Below are positions 24,621-38,770 of a DNA stretch of 64,000 nt, piece by piece (within the stretch, counting starts at the first letter, position 1; the number at the start of each line of letters is the position of its first letter). The notes beneath the pieces were generated by a model, which made no database searches, had not been told where the DNA came from, and saw only the letters and a list, made by a program, of their open reading frames with translations. The stretch is from Octopus sinensis (lineage: Eukaryota), in NCBI RefSeq assembly GCF_006345805.1, contig NC_042998.1, positions 201,438,001-201,502,000 on the forward strand. Reading direction: 5' to 3'. The position numbers were made by a program, and so were the translations under genes.

Positions 24621-25887
24621 TAGGGTCATCCCATAAATAATGCAAATTTTAATACTTCTTTTATTTTTCAGTATTAAGATAAACAAAGTTCTTCTTTAAT
24701 CTAAAATATACTCTCCTTCATTTTCTACAATGCTCTTCCATCTCTCTGGTAGACCTGCTAGACCCCTTTTTTAAAATTCACTTGTTCGTGACAGAAAATA
24801 CTCCTCCAGTACTGTTCTGAACTTCTCTATAGAATTCATATTTTCTCCGTCCAAATGATTTGGAAGAAAGCGTAGCAAATGATAATCAGACGGGGCAATG
24901 TCCGGCGGATATGGTGAATGGGGGGGGGGCGTCGGTCCATTCAAACAGCTCCAACTTTTGGAATGTCATCCCCTCTCTTTGTGCCCGAGTATTATCCTTA
25001 TAGAAGAACACATTTCGTGTCTTGAAAGCATAGATGACCATTTTCCTTCTAGCGCTAAACCTTTCATAACCCATCAAACAGGTAACAACACCTTACGTGA
25101 GTAAAGACCTTCTTTAGCCTGGGGTGTTTCTCCTTTCCCTACCCACTATCTTCGGCGTTTGACATTTTAATAGGGAACCCATTTCTCGTCACCAGTCACT
25201 ATTCGGTCCAAAAATGGTTCATTCGTGTGACGTGACAGCAAAGAGGATCACACATTCACTGTCGGCCGTGTGATTATTCTCCGAAGGTTTGTGAGCAACC
25301 CATGGACCCAATTTTCTGACTTTTCCGATGGTATGCATGTATCGTTGAATGGTTGAATGGCAAAATCCAAGCTCGTCTGCTAGTTCCTCAACAGTTGCGA
25401 TGGGATTTTGTTCCAGCAGTGTTTGCAGGACTGCCTCCTCAAGCTCTACAGACCTTTCAGGACGAGGATCTTCTCCTAGGCTGCAGTTTCCAGCTCAAAA
25501 TTTCTGGAGCCATCGTTGAAACTGGCTTACTCTTATTGTTCGATTCTGATATACTGCATCAATATTCTTCGCACTCTCCTTTCCGTTGGTGTCTTTATTA
25601 AACTCATAAAGCAAAGATGCTCAATATACTCCTTCGCCATTTTCATTACAGCTTTGCAGAAATAACTGTTATAATTGAACTGCATTCTTCAAAATTGCTC
25701 AGCATATTTGTTGTTCATGTTGTTCATGTTTGAAAGCTAGTCGGTTCAAAATTTGTAGTAAGTATTAGTACAAGGTACAATTATTACTTGCTGTTATAGC
25801 AAGTTGATGTAGGTAGCTTCTCGTGTTCCCTTTCGTCTTTTAGTTCACGCAATTGAAAAAACCGCATTGCTTATGGGACGACCAAAT
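24621..25887 (-). mobile_element. Full-length but decayed mariner (DD34D-type) transposon
   Basis: TIRs tagggtcatcccataaataatgc / gcattgcttatgggacgaccaa; ~1.27 kb; minus strand VTGDEKWV and PHSPYPPDIAPSDYHL motifs; many stops. Confidence 0.85.
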
Positions 25888-26579
25888 AATTGAGATTACA
25901 ATTAACGTATCTGGATAATGTTTTCCTCTTTGACAATAAACATTCGTTTTTCTTTTCGAGTCCAAATCAAAGAGAACGGAGAAAATTGTCGGAATAAGTG
26001 TTCTGAATATCTTAGTTTTTAATGTATTTTGGGTTAATTTACTTAGTTGATATGGTTTTTACAGGTAGTGAACATGGGTAAAAAAATATTTTTATTCGCA
26101 AATGAAAATGAGTAAATATTACTCATTGTGCTATATTTAATTATAGTTTATCTTTGCCATATTTTGAAACTAGAAGGTGAAGAACCAGAACATATATTGC
26201 CTAACATTGTTTTCTTCTTGAATAAATAAACCCGCAAATCTAGCGGTTTGCAGTCTTTACAAATTAAAACATGCATATGATATGAAAGTGAACGCTATAA
26301 CAGGAATTATGGGTGAGGAACTCAAAATAATTTATTCAAGTCAACACTTTCTTGAACTTACGGAAATTCCAGTTCGACAACTGGCATTTCTGTAACACAA
26401 TTCTATAGACAGTGGAAATTAACGATGATGGAGTTCGCACAAAATGAACAGAGCTGAATTCAGAGGATATCAAAGTAATTTCTGGATTAAACCCTAAAAA
26501 CAAGATTTCTTCCTTCTTCAACACAATACACCGGGAAATATAAATACAAATAATTGCACATACCATACAAAGCATATAT

Positions 26580-26720
26580 AATTATATATATGTGAATATT
26601 ATTGTTAATTTAATGTATACATTGCCTATACCTTGTCATAACATGCTGACTACCAGATAAAAATCATTAAGGTGACTTTTATCCTTATATTCTATTATGA
26701 AATAATATATACATTTAAAA
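26580..26720. repeat. Unclassified dispersed repeat, second copy at ~27590-27725
   Basis: catgctgactacc.gataaaaatcattaa.gtga.ttttta...tatattcta shared between the two sites. Confidence 0.6.
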
Positions 26721-26781
26721 AAAAATAATTTACTTATTTTACAGAATAACATATACTGCATGACTATACATATATCTCCTC

Positions 26782-27268
26782 AAAGACATACAGCATCTCG
26801 AAAGAGTCCAGAAGTTGGCTACCCGCATGGTTCTTGGTCTCAAGAATTTGTCTTATGAAGAAAGGCTGAAGACGCTCGACCTTTATTCTTTAGAAAAACG
26901 ACGACGTCGTGGTGATCTCATTCTTGCTCACAACATCATAAGCGGAAAGTGTAACCTCTCGAAAGAGCTGTTCTTCACTCCTGCTCCAGAGCGTCGGCTG
27001 CGGGGTCACTCCAAAAAGCTCCATCTGCGACGATTTCATCTCAATCGAAGGAGGGGGGCTTTCTCCGTCCGGGTTGCGGATCCGTGGAATAAGCTGCCGG
27101 ACGAGATGGTGAAGATGCCGACGACCGCTCGGTTCAAAGTCTCCCTTGACCACAAGTGGCCTGAACTCTTTACATGAACACCACCCTGTACATAACTCTA
27201 TGTCCCCCTACATGGCCTTGCTTTTTGCTTTTTGAGCCCAAAATTAACTAACTAACTAACTAACTAAC
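26782..27268 (+). mobile_element. CR1-type LINE 3' fragment with (AACT)n tail
   Basis: DIQHLERVQKLATRMV...SYEERLKTLDLYSLEKRRRRGDLI...RGHSKKL...FSVRVADPWNKLP; same family as 63037-64000. Confidence 0.92.
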
Positions 27269-27722
27269 ACGGGACTGCCATGAGGTGATTTAAAATTGAC
27301 TCATCTTGGATATATACGTGAAAATAATTGTATGTAAACGTGTGAACCTGTTTTGTATGTTATGTAAAATTAGTAGTATTTCTATTTCCCCGTGTATTAT
27401 GTTGAGGAATGAAGAAAGCTTGTTAGTGGCTTTAATCCTGGAAATTGGAACGAATTCACAATTAACGTTGTCTTTTAAATATTCTTTCTAGAGCCCGCGT
27501 TGAGCCATGCGTATATTGGGTGTTTTTGGTAGTTTTTTTAAGGTGTCGGCACATGATAGAGATAGTTCGTGTTCGACCATGTTCCCTTAATATAATTATA
27601 CACATATGTATATTATTATCAATTTAATTTATAAACTGCTTATAAATTGCTTTAGCATGCTGACTACCTGATAAAAATCATTAACGTGATTTTTACTCGT
27701 ATATTCTATAATGAATTAATTG

Positions 27723-27792
<70 letters not shown>

Positions 27793-27840
27793 TATATATA
27801 TACATATAATACGAATCTCTCTATGTATATACAGTATAGA

Positions 27841-28133
27841 CCTACAGCTCTTCAATGCCCTGCCACAAGAATTAAGACATCTGCATAATGTGGACGTACA
27901 TGTCTTCAAAATGGAACTAGAGTATTCCTCTTTACAATACCGGGGAAACTGACAGTCCGGTTTGAGGAACAGATTATGGCAGTGGGATCTTACTCCCTCA
28001 TATACCAAAATCGCCAACAACTGGGACAAAGGTTCATACAAGAGTGGTGATATAACCCCACCCTAGCTTGAGGAAATCAGCAAAACCACGGTGGACGGTG
28101 GTGCTGCATAGCTGAAACGAATAAATGAATAAA
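27841..28133 (+). mobile_element. CR1/L2-group LINE extreme 3' end (related to 1-702)
   Basis: LQLFNALPQELRHLHNVDVHVFKMEL motif; ends in a gaataaatgaataaa tail. Confidence 0.7.
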
Positions 28134-28639
28134 AGTATGTATATATTTGCGAAGGAGTATAAATTTTATTTCATAATGTTGAACCATTTTGAGGTTCTTA
28201 TAAGGAAGAGCGTACTTTCGAAATGTCAAATACTATTCCTTTCTTCCAGAGCGTGAAACTAATACACCTGTTTGCTGTTCTCTCACCTGTTTTCCTCTTT
28301 TGTTTTCTATACAGTTGAACTACGTGTGTGTGTGTGTGTCTGTGTGTGTACATATATATAACTGGTGGTAGCTTGTTCAACCAATTCCGCTTCAAAGAAA
28401 AGCTTAAGACTAGGGCTAACAGTTAGATGTTTCCTCTACGTAGACGGTTGTGCACTTGCAACATAAAATGTTGAGGACATGCAATGAATTAGGACGAAAT
28501 TCTTGCGTGCATCGAATACATTTGTTGTGATAATGATACAACAAGATAACTAAGCTTCTCCTTCAGCCCATTAGTGACCATCTTCCTGCTGGTGTCTTTT
28601 CTTTATATGTTGACGGGAAATTATTAAAAACTGTTTTCC

Positions 28640-29420
28640 TCGTAATGTGTCTGGGTTCCATTGTGCCCGATGATGCTAAGAGGGATAAAATAATTGTGTC
28701 CACAATCGTTAATGCTAGCTGGAACTTCAGTAAGCTTCATCAAAATCTTTTGAACAGCCACGACATATCGTTAAAGGGGAAAGTCGATGTATATTAGTCT
28801 GCGGTGCTGCAAATTTGGTTTTGTAACGAAAGTGCATCAATTAGATTGACGATCTTTCATATCCGATGCTAAAAACCCGAACTATCATATTTATAAAAGT
28901 GAGGTACAAAAAATGCAACATATCAGGTATTGAAGACATCCTCATAAAAAAAACTGTTTAGATGGTCACGTTATCTGTGAAGTCTGAGAGATATCAAAAT
29001 TCTGAAGCAACTTGTCTTTGGTAAATTCCCAGCCGTTAGATCTGTTGGAAGGCCGATCTTGCGCTTCAAAGACAACCTAAAAGACCATCTGAAGCGATGC
29101 AAAATTCGATTTTCTACGTTGAAAAAGAAAGCATCCGAATGCAGGACATGGCCCAGGCCTACTTCTCCTCAGTTCATAGATTTGAGTAAAGTTGACTCCA
29201 AAATCGGGACCAACTTTGTGCAAGCATGAAGGCACGCTGGCAAAACGGACCTCCTCTAAAAAGAAACCTTACCTCTCACTGTGGATTGGTGGTACGAAGC
29301 AAAGGAGGCCTTGCTGTCCACCAAAGAAAACATATAGTAAATGTGTCCTCGACTTGTTCCATTTGCCAAAATATTTGTAAGGCACAAGCAGGCCTCAAGA
29401 GACACCATTCGTGTCCATAG
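28640..29420 (+). pseudogene. Decayed RTE-clade LINE ORF2 C-terminal region
   Basis: LGSIV...IVNASWNFSKLHQNLLNSHDISLKGKVDVY...; GRPILRFKDNLKDHLKRC; terminal CSICQNICKAQAGLKRHH C2H2-like motif. Confidence 0.75.
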
Positions 29421-29476
29421 AATATGACAACCGCTATATTTTACTTAATACTCTTTTGTCATTCACAAGAGAATCC

Positions 29477-29517
<41 letters not shown>

Positions 29518-31086
29518 GAAGGTCTGAAAATGCAATTTTAGAGATGTTTATTCACTTGACCGGTTTCTCTTTTTTAGGAAATAGCAAACAGTCCTTAACT
29601 ACGCACAAAAGAAAATGTCAGAAAGACAGGTCAGTTATTCCTCTACAATTTTTTGTAAATTCTTTAATATATCTCCTGTGGATTTATACACCACCAAACA
29701 AACATAATTTTTATTGAACTCAAAATACTTTTTGGAGTCACATTCTGATTACTTTCTTACATAATTTCTTGTAAAGAGTTTTTAACATATTCTTCTTATT
29801 ATTATTATCAAAGAATGTATATCTGTATTTGAATACTTTTGTGATAACCAGTACTTAACAAAACAAAGCTCATAAAAAGCTTTACATTTTACTTTCGACA
29901 ATTTTTTTTGTGATAAAAGTCAAATCGGTCGAGTGTATAAACATCTTTAAAATTGTATTTTCAAACATTCTTTCATATATATTTCCACTCGTACGGTACC
30001 TTACAAATTTACTTTGTTATAAATGTGTGCGTGGGGGTATGGGCGTGGGTGTATACATAAAACATATGTCGAAATGCATGTATGTATATATGCATGTATG
30101 TATGTACGTATGTGCATGTGTTTATGCATATATATATATATATATAAATATGCATTTGTATAAATATTTATGTGCGTGCGTGTATGTTTGTGCATTTGTG
30201 TGTATGTGTGTCTATGTGCGTGCGTGTGTGTGCGTGCGTATTGTGCATATCACTTCTTTCTCAGAGCACTTCTGAAGTTTATGTTCACCAATCATTCAGC
30301 ATCCTATGGTTTTAACATAGGTACAACTTGGATTCCATTTTTACTTTTATTTTGATGCACCCGCAGCGTCATCTAGCATTGGTCCTCAAGAAAACAAATA
30401 AAATTTCACAAGCTATGGTTTTACATTTTGTTGACCGCCCCCAAATCCTTTACATTGAAAAGATTTTACTTGAAGAAAAGTTAGTTGTCGATCACTTAAT
30501 TACACGATTACGAGAAGACGGTTTATATCAGCTTATACTTAATTGGACCTTTGCTCCAATTAAAATTACACAAATATTAGGGATCTATGATATACATCTC
30601 AATGAAGAGTATCAGTTGTAACTTCAATGAAATTCAAGCTCCCACAGGAAATAATATATATCAAGTGAATACCAGAGAAATGGATATCCAACTTTTCTAT
30701 ATAGACAAAATGACCTTGTACAGAGGTGGTTGGCGATATCGCTTTCGGTTAGGGGATGGAAAACACGTTGAAACCACAAGAATTTTTCAGGCCGTTTGTG
30801 GTTAATTTCTATCATAATATATTCGTCCGCAAAATAGCTGAGGTAGAATTGGCTTCACGAACAGTAAATTTAAGATTTAAATTTCCAGTTAAATATAGGC
30901 TTACAGGTGATTCAAATATGGAGCCACGTTAGAATGCACAGCGTCTGCTAAAACTTTTCTATTTTAAAGTAATTTAAGAATACATAGCTGTTCATTCAAT
31001 TTATTTTCAATACAACACACAAAGGTACACACATATATCTATATAGATAAAGAAATTTACATATGGGTGTGTTTGTGAGTGCGTAT

Positions 31087-31089
<3 letters not shown>

Positions 31090-31158
<69 letters not shown>
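31090..31158. repeat. (GT)n microsatellite
   Basis: Direct reading. Confidence 0.95.
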
Positions 31159-31163
<5 letters not shown>

Positions 31164-32479
31164 CAAACATATTAATGGAATCGACGGACGCAAAGATCAG
31201 ATTTTACCTCGAAGCAAAAGTAATATATATGATAAATATAACCAATAAATTTAGTCTCAATATATACTTGGTATATAATGCACACACATAGACACATCCC
31301 TGCAGCCGCTTGCATACAGAAAAAAACTTATTGAAATTGAATTGTAATAGGCTGATGGATTTTGACTTACGTCCTATGTGTATGTGTCTATGTGTGCTTG
31401 ACTCTGTGTGTGTGTGTGTATTAGTTTGCATGCATAAATTTGTTATATTTCCGTCAAACCTGAATTAATATATGTGATACAAATATTTCACTGTGTCTAA
31501 AGCTGATTGAAATGTATAAAAATATGGAATGTGCAACAGATATATCCGAGCGAACAGCTTTCTAACAAAAACCACAAGAAACGCCACAAAATATTTTTAT
31601 CAGTAAAATTTATGAGCGACAAAGACAGTATTAATACCAAAACGTAATCTTTAATTCTAACATATGGTTAGAGCGCCGAATACTGCACTACTTACCTTGA
31701 GAAAACATCTCGTATGTACGCCTGGTGCATTAGTCCACACATTTATATCATTAGCCAACGACAAATGTCTGCTACGAGCTTCGGAACTGCCATGTTCCGA
31801 CGCACTTCGTCCTTTCACTGGCGAACGTCCAGTAGTCACTTACTGGGTACCGAAAGGTCAGGGATAAAAGAAAGTAGTCTGTTCAGGCAAATGCTGGAAA
31901 TCGTCAGTGTGCTTATTAATGCCCTCATATTGATCGCAGATGAGTTTCATCTGTTACAGTACCTGAACTGCCAGCGATATAAATATATGTGCTTATATGC
32001 ACCATGCAATCATATGAAAGGTTTTCTCGAGTTTAATAACGCAGAATTCGATGCTCTAGCTATATATCCACCTTCAAATGGATGTCACGCTTGAATTTGG
32101 CACTTTATCCTGTTTCTATCACCAATAATTATTTCTTAATAATTCTGTGGGATATTTGCGACATAAATGCATGAATGGCGACTGAAATTTCATACATCGC
32201 TGTCAAAGAGGTTTGGCTGTATTCGGTTACCAGACAACTGTCACTAGGACGAATGTCTGTGAATACGTCAACATTACTTGATACGATACATGCACTGCAC
32301 GTAGCAAATGGTTGTCCGCCGCTCGCACTATAAACATGAGTGTACTTTTGCATCATGCGTACATATGTGAGGTTCCGTCAAAGGAAATAGTGCAGGACTT
32401 GGCGCTCTACACCACTGCATAACCGTATGAGGTTGGGTATTTGTGTGTGTGTGTATGTGTGTGTATTTATGCATATGTA

Positions 32480-32519
32480 TGTATATATATATGTATATCT
32501 ATCTATCTATCTATCTATA

Positions 32520-32618
<99 letters not shown>

Positions 32619-32641
32619 TATATATATATATATATATATAC
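32480..32641. repeat. Compound microsatellite (CTAT)n-(CT)n-(TA)n
   Basis: Direct reading. Confidence 0.95.
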
Positions 32642-32779
32642 TTGCCGACCAAGTGAGGTGCCCTTGGATTCCATTTTTATTTTTATTTTGATACACCCCT
32701 TAGAGTCATCTAGCAATGGCCCTCAACCTCTGTAAGATATCTCTTCCAGCTGGCTAATGACACACATTCTGTGTCCGAT

Positions 32780-32837
<58 letters not shown>

Positions 32838-33901
32838 ATATATATAATATATATATATATATTCACATCTAAGATGGAGATGAATTGTAGCTGGCTCCAT
32901 AATTAATAGAGTTTCACCTCTCCATTAAGACATTTGATGCATCGGTGGACTTGTTAACCCACAAATGGAGAATATTTATCCATCATTGTAGTGATGACAG
33001 GCTTAATCTTACTATTCGTTATTAGCCTGTGTAGTAAGAATCTTGCTTCACAACCACATGTTTTCAAGTTCAGTGCCAATGTTTAATATATGCAAAATAT
33101 ATTCAGCTCCGCTGTGTTTAAAATATGTTAAAGAAAAGATAAGAAAAAATGTATTCTATTTTCGCTGAGTAGCTAAATGTTGTTGATATTCTTGCCTGAC
33201 TCGTTTATTCGTACGTATGTGTAATTAAATAATTCTGACGTCTGAACACAGATCTTACAGCTGCGACTACTATTCCATCTTTTTTGCCGCACGCTGTCTA
33301 GACCACATTATCCATCATTTTATCTTGTCGGTTGACGCTGTGTGTTGAGTCTTTGCTTGTGTTTGTGTGAGCCAGTGTGTGTTTGTGTGTGATTGTATTT
33401 GTGTATGGTTGTAAGTGAGGATGTTTGCGTGCGTTCGTGTGTTGAGGAGAATTGTATTTCTCATTTTGTTACCGTGAGACTACATCTAGCTTTTAACTGT
33501 TGCTGCCTCTTGTCTTACTTTTATTTATTCTTTTTTTTTGTTTTTATTCCTTAATAATCTTGTCCAGTTAGAAAATATTACTTCTAAATATACTGGAAAG
33601 GTAACAACAGGAGTCACCTTTCGGGTTAATTCTTGCTTTTCTTTTTTAAAATTTTTTATTTTATATTACTATTGGTAAACAATAGCTTCGTTGGTTATAT
33701 GTTTCTATTTGCCCAGTCACAGCTCCAGTGTATTTCTAATGTGGATAGTAAGTAAAGCGTATCTTTCACAGTCTACAGAACAAATTTTGTGAAGAACGAC
33801 GTTCGAAGATCATAGCACTTTGTTGTTGATTTTGACAATGCTCACCGTTATATAAATCGGTGAAATGCGAACAGAATCGTATACTTACACACTGTCTCTC
33901 G

Positions 33902-33940
<39 letters not shown>

Positions 33941-34809
33941 TATATATGTTTTTGCGTATGTGTGTACATTGTGTGTGTGTATGTATGCGAGTACATATAC
34001 ATTTAAATGTATAATTCTACGTATCATACACGTATATGTATGTACACATGTATGTATATGTATGTATATGTGTGTCTGAATTCGTGCGATGTTAGTGGGT
34101 GATGCACACACCTGACGGTTACGGTATGTGCGAGTCGAATTGACCCAGTCAGGAAATCGTCATGTAGATTAAATTCATAAATTGAAAATTACAAGTAAAT
34201 TGAATATAATTTTGGTGTAGCACGGAGTAAGACGGCTAGATATTTAAATAGTTAAGTAACCTATCCGTTGGGCCTTTTCACACTTTCTGCATTACACATT
34301 TCTCTAACAAATCTAGGTCATCGTCAGGCGACGTTAAATACTGTCTCGAAAGAGGGGCACAATAATATCGAAGTAAAGGATTCCTGATTCCATAGTGAAC
34401 CTATAGGCGACACTACCTTTCACACATGCACTCATCCACGCACACATACGCACTCATACACATATACATACGTATACATACGTGCATACATCGGTGCATA
34501 CATACATATATCCGTAGATACATATATTGATGTATGTATGCATGCATATATACATACACACATATTTAATCATATCAAAGGGAAATAGAAATTAATTAAA
34601 ATTTACATTTCCAATGGTCTAACGTGTAAAAATTTAGTCCAAAAGACCATACATTAGTCATACTATATAGTGTATATTTAGACACATAAGAAATCCACTC
34701 ATGGGGAATTCAGCACGCTAGAAAGAACACCTAGGTTCTATAACCACAAAAGTAGGGATAAAATTCGACAAGAACGAAATGAAATATAAAAACAGTTTAC
34801 CATCTAGTT

Positions 34810-34883
34810 TCCTGGACCAATTGGTTTCTGATTTTAGTTTAGTGAGTCAAGGAACTCGCCAGGTGTAATCTTCTTCAGCAGGA
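34810..34883 (-). ncRNA. Type I hammerhead ribozyme motif, canonical core, GUC cleavage triplet
   Basis: Minus strand: tcctg CTGAAGA a gatt...aatc a GAAA ccaattgg TC cagga; 5-bp helix I, perfect 10-nt palindrome ACCAATTGGT as helix III. Confidence 0.8.
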
Positions 34884-36264
34884 CAACTTAGGGTTAAACG
34901 TATACACACGGCGATCAAACTACTTACCCCGTATTTATACGTCCTAACGTTTATTGCCTTCGCCGGCAATAAAAAAATGCCGACTTTTAAAACCGAAAAT
35001 TATCCAAAATCTTAAAGAGTGTTGAATTACTATGAGTGGATTCCTCATGTGTTTAAATATACATACACACATACATCGATGCCCGTATGCATGCATGTAT
35101 ACACACATACATACATATATACATACATACACACACACATACATACATGCATACATATAGTGACATACATATATACATACATATATACATACATACGAAG
35201 GTACGTACATACCTGTAACAGCTAAAACCAAGATCTCATATGCTGGCCCTTCTATCATACCCATTAATTAATTAATCAGGTAGACTTTTTGTCAACCTAC
35301 AATGCTCGTGTGAGTATCACTATGGAAATGTGTTTTCACACCGGATAATATGTTGCTGCTGCAAACACAAATACTTTAGACCATGTGTCACCCTTTTGAT
35401 TGGCATAAAGTCATTAATGCACTGCATTGAAACCTGTACTGTCACATTTCTCTATTTGTACCGTTACGATAGCCGCTCCAGGAACTAGTTATTAATTGGA
35501 ATTATGTCAAATTCATTCAGATATTTCTCTTCTTCTTTTGCAGAACTTTCTCTACACCCTCGATGTGTCCAAGCCCCAATCCGTGCAATACTCTATTCTT
35601 GAGACCATACTTTTTAGAATGTCAACATTTCTAAAATTCTTCCTTGATAATATCTTTCATAAGAGTGCTTGGATACAATGTTCTAAAGCCGATATTTATG
35701 GTATCAACAACCCATTCAACAAGACAATCTATGAAAACTATCGTCCTTGACCTTTCCTTCAAATGCAGAAGGCGAAATAATTTAAACATTAAAACTTACT
35801 TATGCATTGTTTCTGTATTTTAATGTGTCATATGTTTCTTTCATTTGTATCTGTACAATGATATGAAATTGATAATCTTTACTTTTATTGCTTAGGGAAC
35901 CATTTTGCCCGCCGTGACAATTTCAATTAATTAAAAAAAGATTATCTTGTATCCATATTTCTCCCGAAGGGGGATTTGTCTGTTGGCTCGGAAGGCCGGG
36001 TAACCACATAAAATGATGAATGCAAAGAGCCTAATCACCGATAACATAGTTTGTCATAACGTACCTGTTGGTAATTAAAAGTGAATTATGTGAGTATTTT
36101 GCTCAAAGACGAGTAAACAATGTAATAATATCATAGAATTAATAATCCTTCTAGCCAGGCATATTTTAAATGTAAATGAAAAGAAATACTTTATCATTAA
36201 AGAATAATATCTAGAAAAATGCCGGACATGCTTCACTCTCCATGGATTTTGTGTTATATATTTT

Positions 36265-36335
36265 TTTATTCTTTTACTTGTTTCAGTCATTTGACTGGAG
36301 CCATGCTGGAGCACCGCCTTTTAGTCGAAGAAACT
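36265..36335 (-). mobile_element. SINE family A 3' tail fragment
   Basis: Reverse complement of ...gctccagcatgg...gtcaaatgactgaaacaagtaaaaga. Confidence 0.75.
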
Positions 36336-37667
36336 TTTTCTTACCACAGGGCCACGGCTGCGCCTAACAAATATATTAAACAACAGATATGTAATCTGCA
36401 ACTGAATGCCCTTCATTTCAGCAAATGCCGCTTCGAGAACACCCACGTATGTTAAAGCAGTAGTTTCAGTAGCAAAAAAAAAATGTATCCGTACGCTGTT
36501 CTGCTCTGAAATATTAGCATTATTTATTCCCATACGTTGCACAAAACATCTGAGTCTAGTTAAAGATATGGCCATAGGAAATATCATAGAATGTCTAAGT
36601 ATGTTAAACAAAAATGTTTTAAATGTATTTCGATTAATCTCAATAGAAGAAATAAGGAGAGTTATTTAAAAGAATATTAGATTTAAAAATACGAATAATA
36701 ATGCTTTTATTACCGAGTAAGATAATAATAATGAAAAAAAAATGTGATTACAAATAATAGTGACTGTATAAAAAGGGGGGCTTATTTTTTATCATTGTCA
36801 ACGACAAAAGAAATTGGAAGTATTTTCTACAGTTACTATAATGTAGTGGCATCGTTTAACAACGTTTTCCCCTGCACGTAATTCTCCCGCACAGAGAACG
36901 GTGATCTGAATCATTACTCATGTACTGACGTAGATTAACATACTTTATAAAGTATAAACATATACATGTATAATTATACGAGTTCAACTCTATTCGGTTT
37001 CGTTGTACTCACGTACTCATTTCTATACTTTAGCCTAACAAAATATCCAAAATGAATAACATTATCAAAAACAAGTGGATAGAATACAAAAGGCAAAACA
37101 AGACAACGGAGCGATATAAATACTGAGTGATACCGCAATTAGGAAGAAGGAACAGAGAAATGAAATATAAAATATAGAAAGCAACGAATTGCAAGGCATC
37201 GGCACCATGAAAAACGGTCAACAGCCATTGTAAAAGAGAAAAAAAAAACGATATGCTGTAACAGACTATCAGAAACCAAACATGTAACAAAACTGTATTG
37301 TTATGTAAATATGCAAATTGATAATGTAAAACAATACTACAGCAAATGTGAGAGTAAAATCCTACGAACATTTCTTATTACTTGTATATTACAAGCATAT
37401 TGTATATGTTTTAGTCTCGATAACATGTTGAGCATGTATTGCAATGCACTTACGGCAGCATTGCAGCTTCTTTGATTTCAAACACTCAACAATACACTTG
37501 TTAAACTGCATATAAGAAACAGTACTTAAAACTGAAAATATTTAATATATATACATATCCATCCATATGTATGTATGTACGTAAGTATATATGTATGTGC
37601 GCATGCATGTAGTATATATGTATGTATGTGTTTGGCTGTCTGTCTCTTTGTCTACTTATCTATCTGT

Positions 37668-38770
37668 CTATCTCGTCATGGCCAGGAGGTTGGAACATAG
37701 AGCCGACGTGAAATTTTGCGATAACTCTGGGAAGACTGCTACAGAGTCAGTGAACATACTTCGGAAAATCTCACGGTCACGAGGTAATGGGTCGTGCGCA
37801 ACGTTTCGAGTAGCACGGGCGCTTCAAAAGCAGAAGGCCTTCCCTCGAAGATGATCAGTGATTTGATAGACCTGCCACAAGCCTCAGCCCCAGAAATGTA
37901 GAGAAAATTTATCCGGTGGGAGGACAATCAATAAGATTGCTGATATTGTCTGTCTGTCGTGTGGGTCTGTGCAGACAATCCTAACATCTGAATTAAACAC
38001 GCAAATTTGTCCCCCACATGCTAACCAGAGAACATAAACGACATTGTATCGAAATATATCCAGATTAACGTTAGCCAGCTGCTGTTGACTCGTCCTTCAT
38101 GTGAAGGATCATCACCGGTGACGAGAAATAGGTCGACGGTTACGACCGTGACACGGATCAGCAGTTGTCGTAATGGAAGCGGCTTTGATCTTCAGAACCG
38201 AAGAAGACACGACACAGCCGGAGCTCAATTAAGAGCATGTTTATCGTTTTCTTTCGACATCTGTGGCATTGAGCATCCCGCAATCATTTTCGAGGGTCAG
38301 ATTATCAATCGAGACTCCTACTGCGACGTTTCGAAGCATTTGATGGAGGACAATCGGGGAAAGTGACTGCTCTGTGGAGCGCGAAGAATCGGTTTCTTCA
38401 GGACAAAAATGCACTCTGCCACCGAGCTCTCCTTACACGTAAGATTCTCACCAAAAGCAACATCGCATTGCTTCCGCATCTGCTGTATTCGCCACGTTTA
38501 AGCACCTGCGGACTTACGTCTCTTCCTCTAGATGAAAATACAGCTCCAAGGTCACTGTTTTAATAACGTTGTCAAGATCCAGAACGAATCGCAGAAGGCC
38601 CTTGATTCGCTTATGGAAACCGACTTCCACGCCGAATTCCAAAATTGACAGGAACGCTGGGACCGGTGTATTGGTGTGCAAGGTGACAGTTTCGAAGCTG
38701 TTGATGTTAAAATTTAGGTAAATAATTTTTTAACATAACTAGTCCAAGAAACATTTGAAACTACCTCGTA
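37668..38770 (+). mobile_element. Decayed mariner transposon, 5' TIR missing
   Basis: EHRADVKFCDNSGKTATES, RIITGDEK, PHLLYSPRLS motifs in shifting frames; 3' TIR-like agtccaagaaacatttgaaactacctcgTA. Confidence 0.85.

Noticed and set aside
27245-27268. (TAAC)n/(GTTA)n as telomere-like repeat (also 24490, 63037)
   Set aside because: These are the tandem tails of CR1-type LINE copies.
31714-32094. 126-aa plus-strand ORF
   Set aside because: Non-ATG start in the track, no domain resemblance, no splice support on that strand.
34270-34340. Minus-strand CTGACGA...GAAA
   Set aside because: Helices I-III cannot be formed convincingly.
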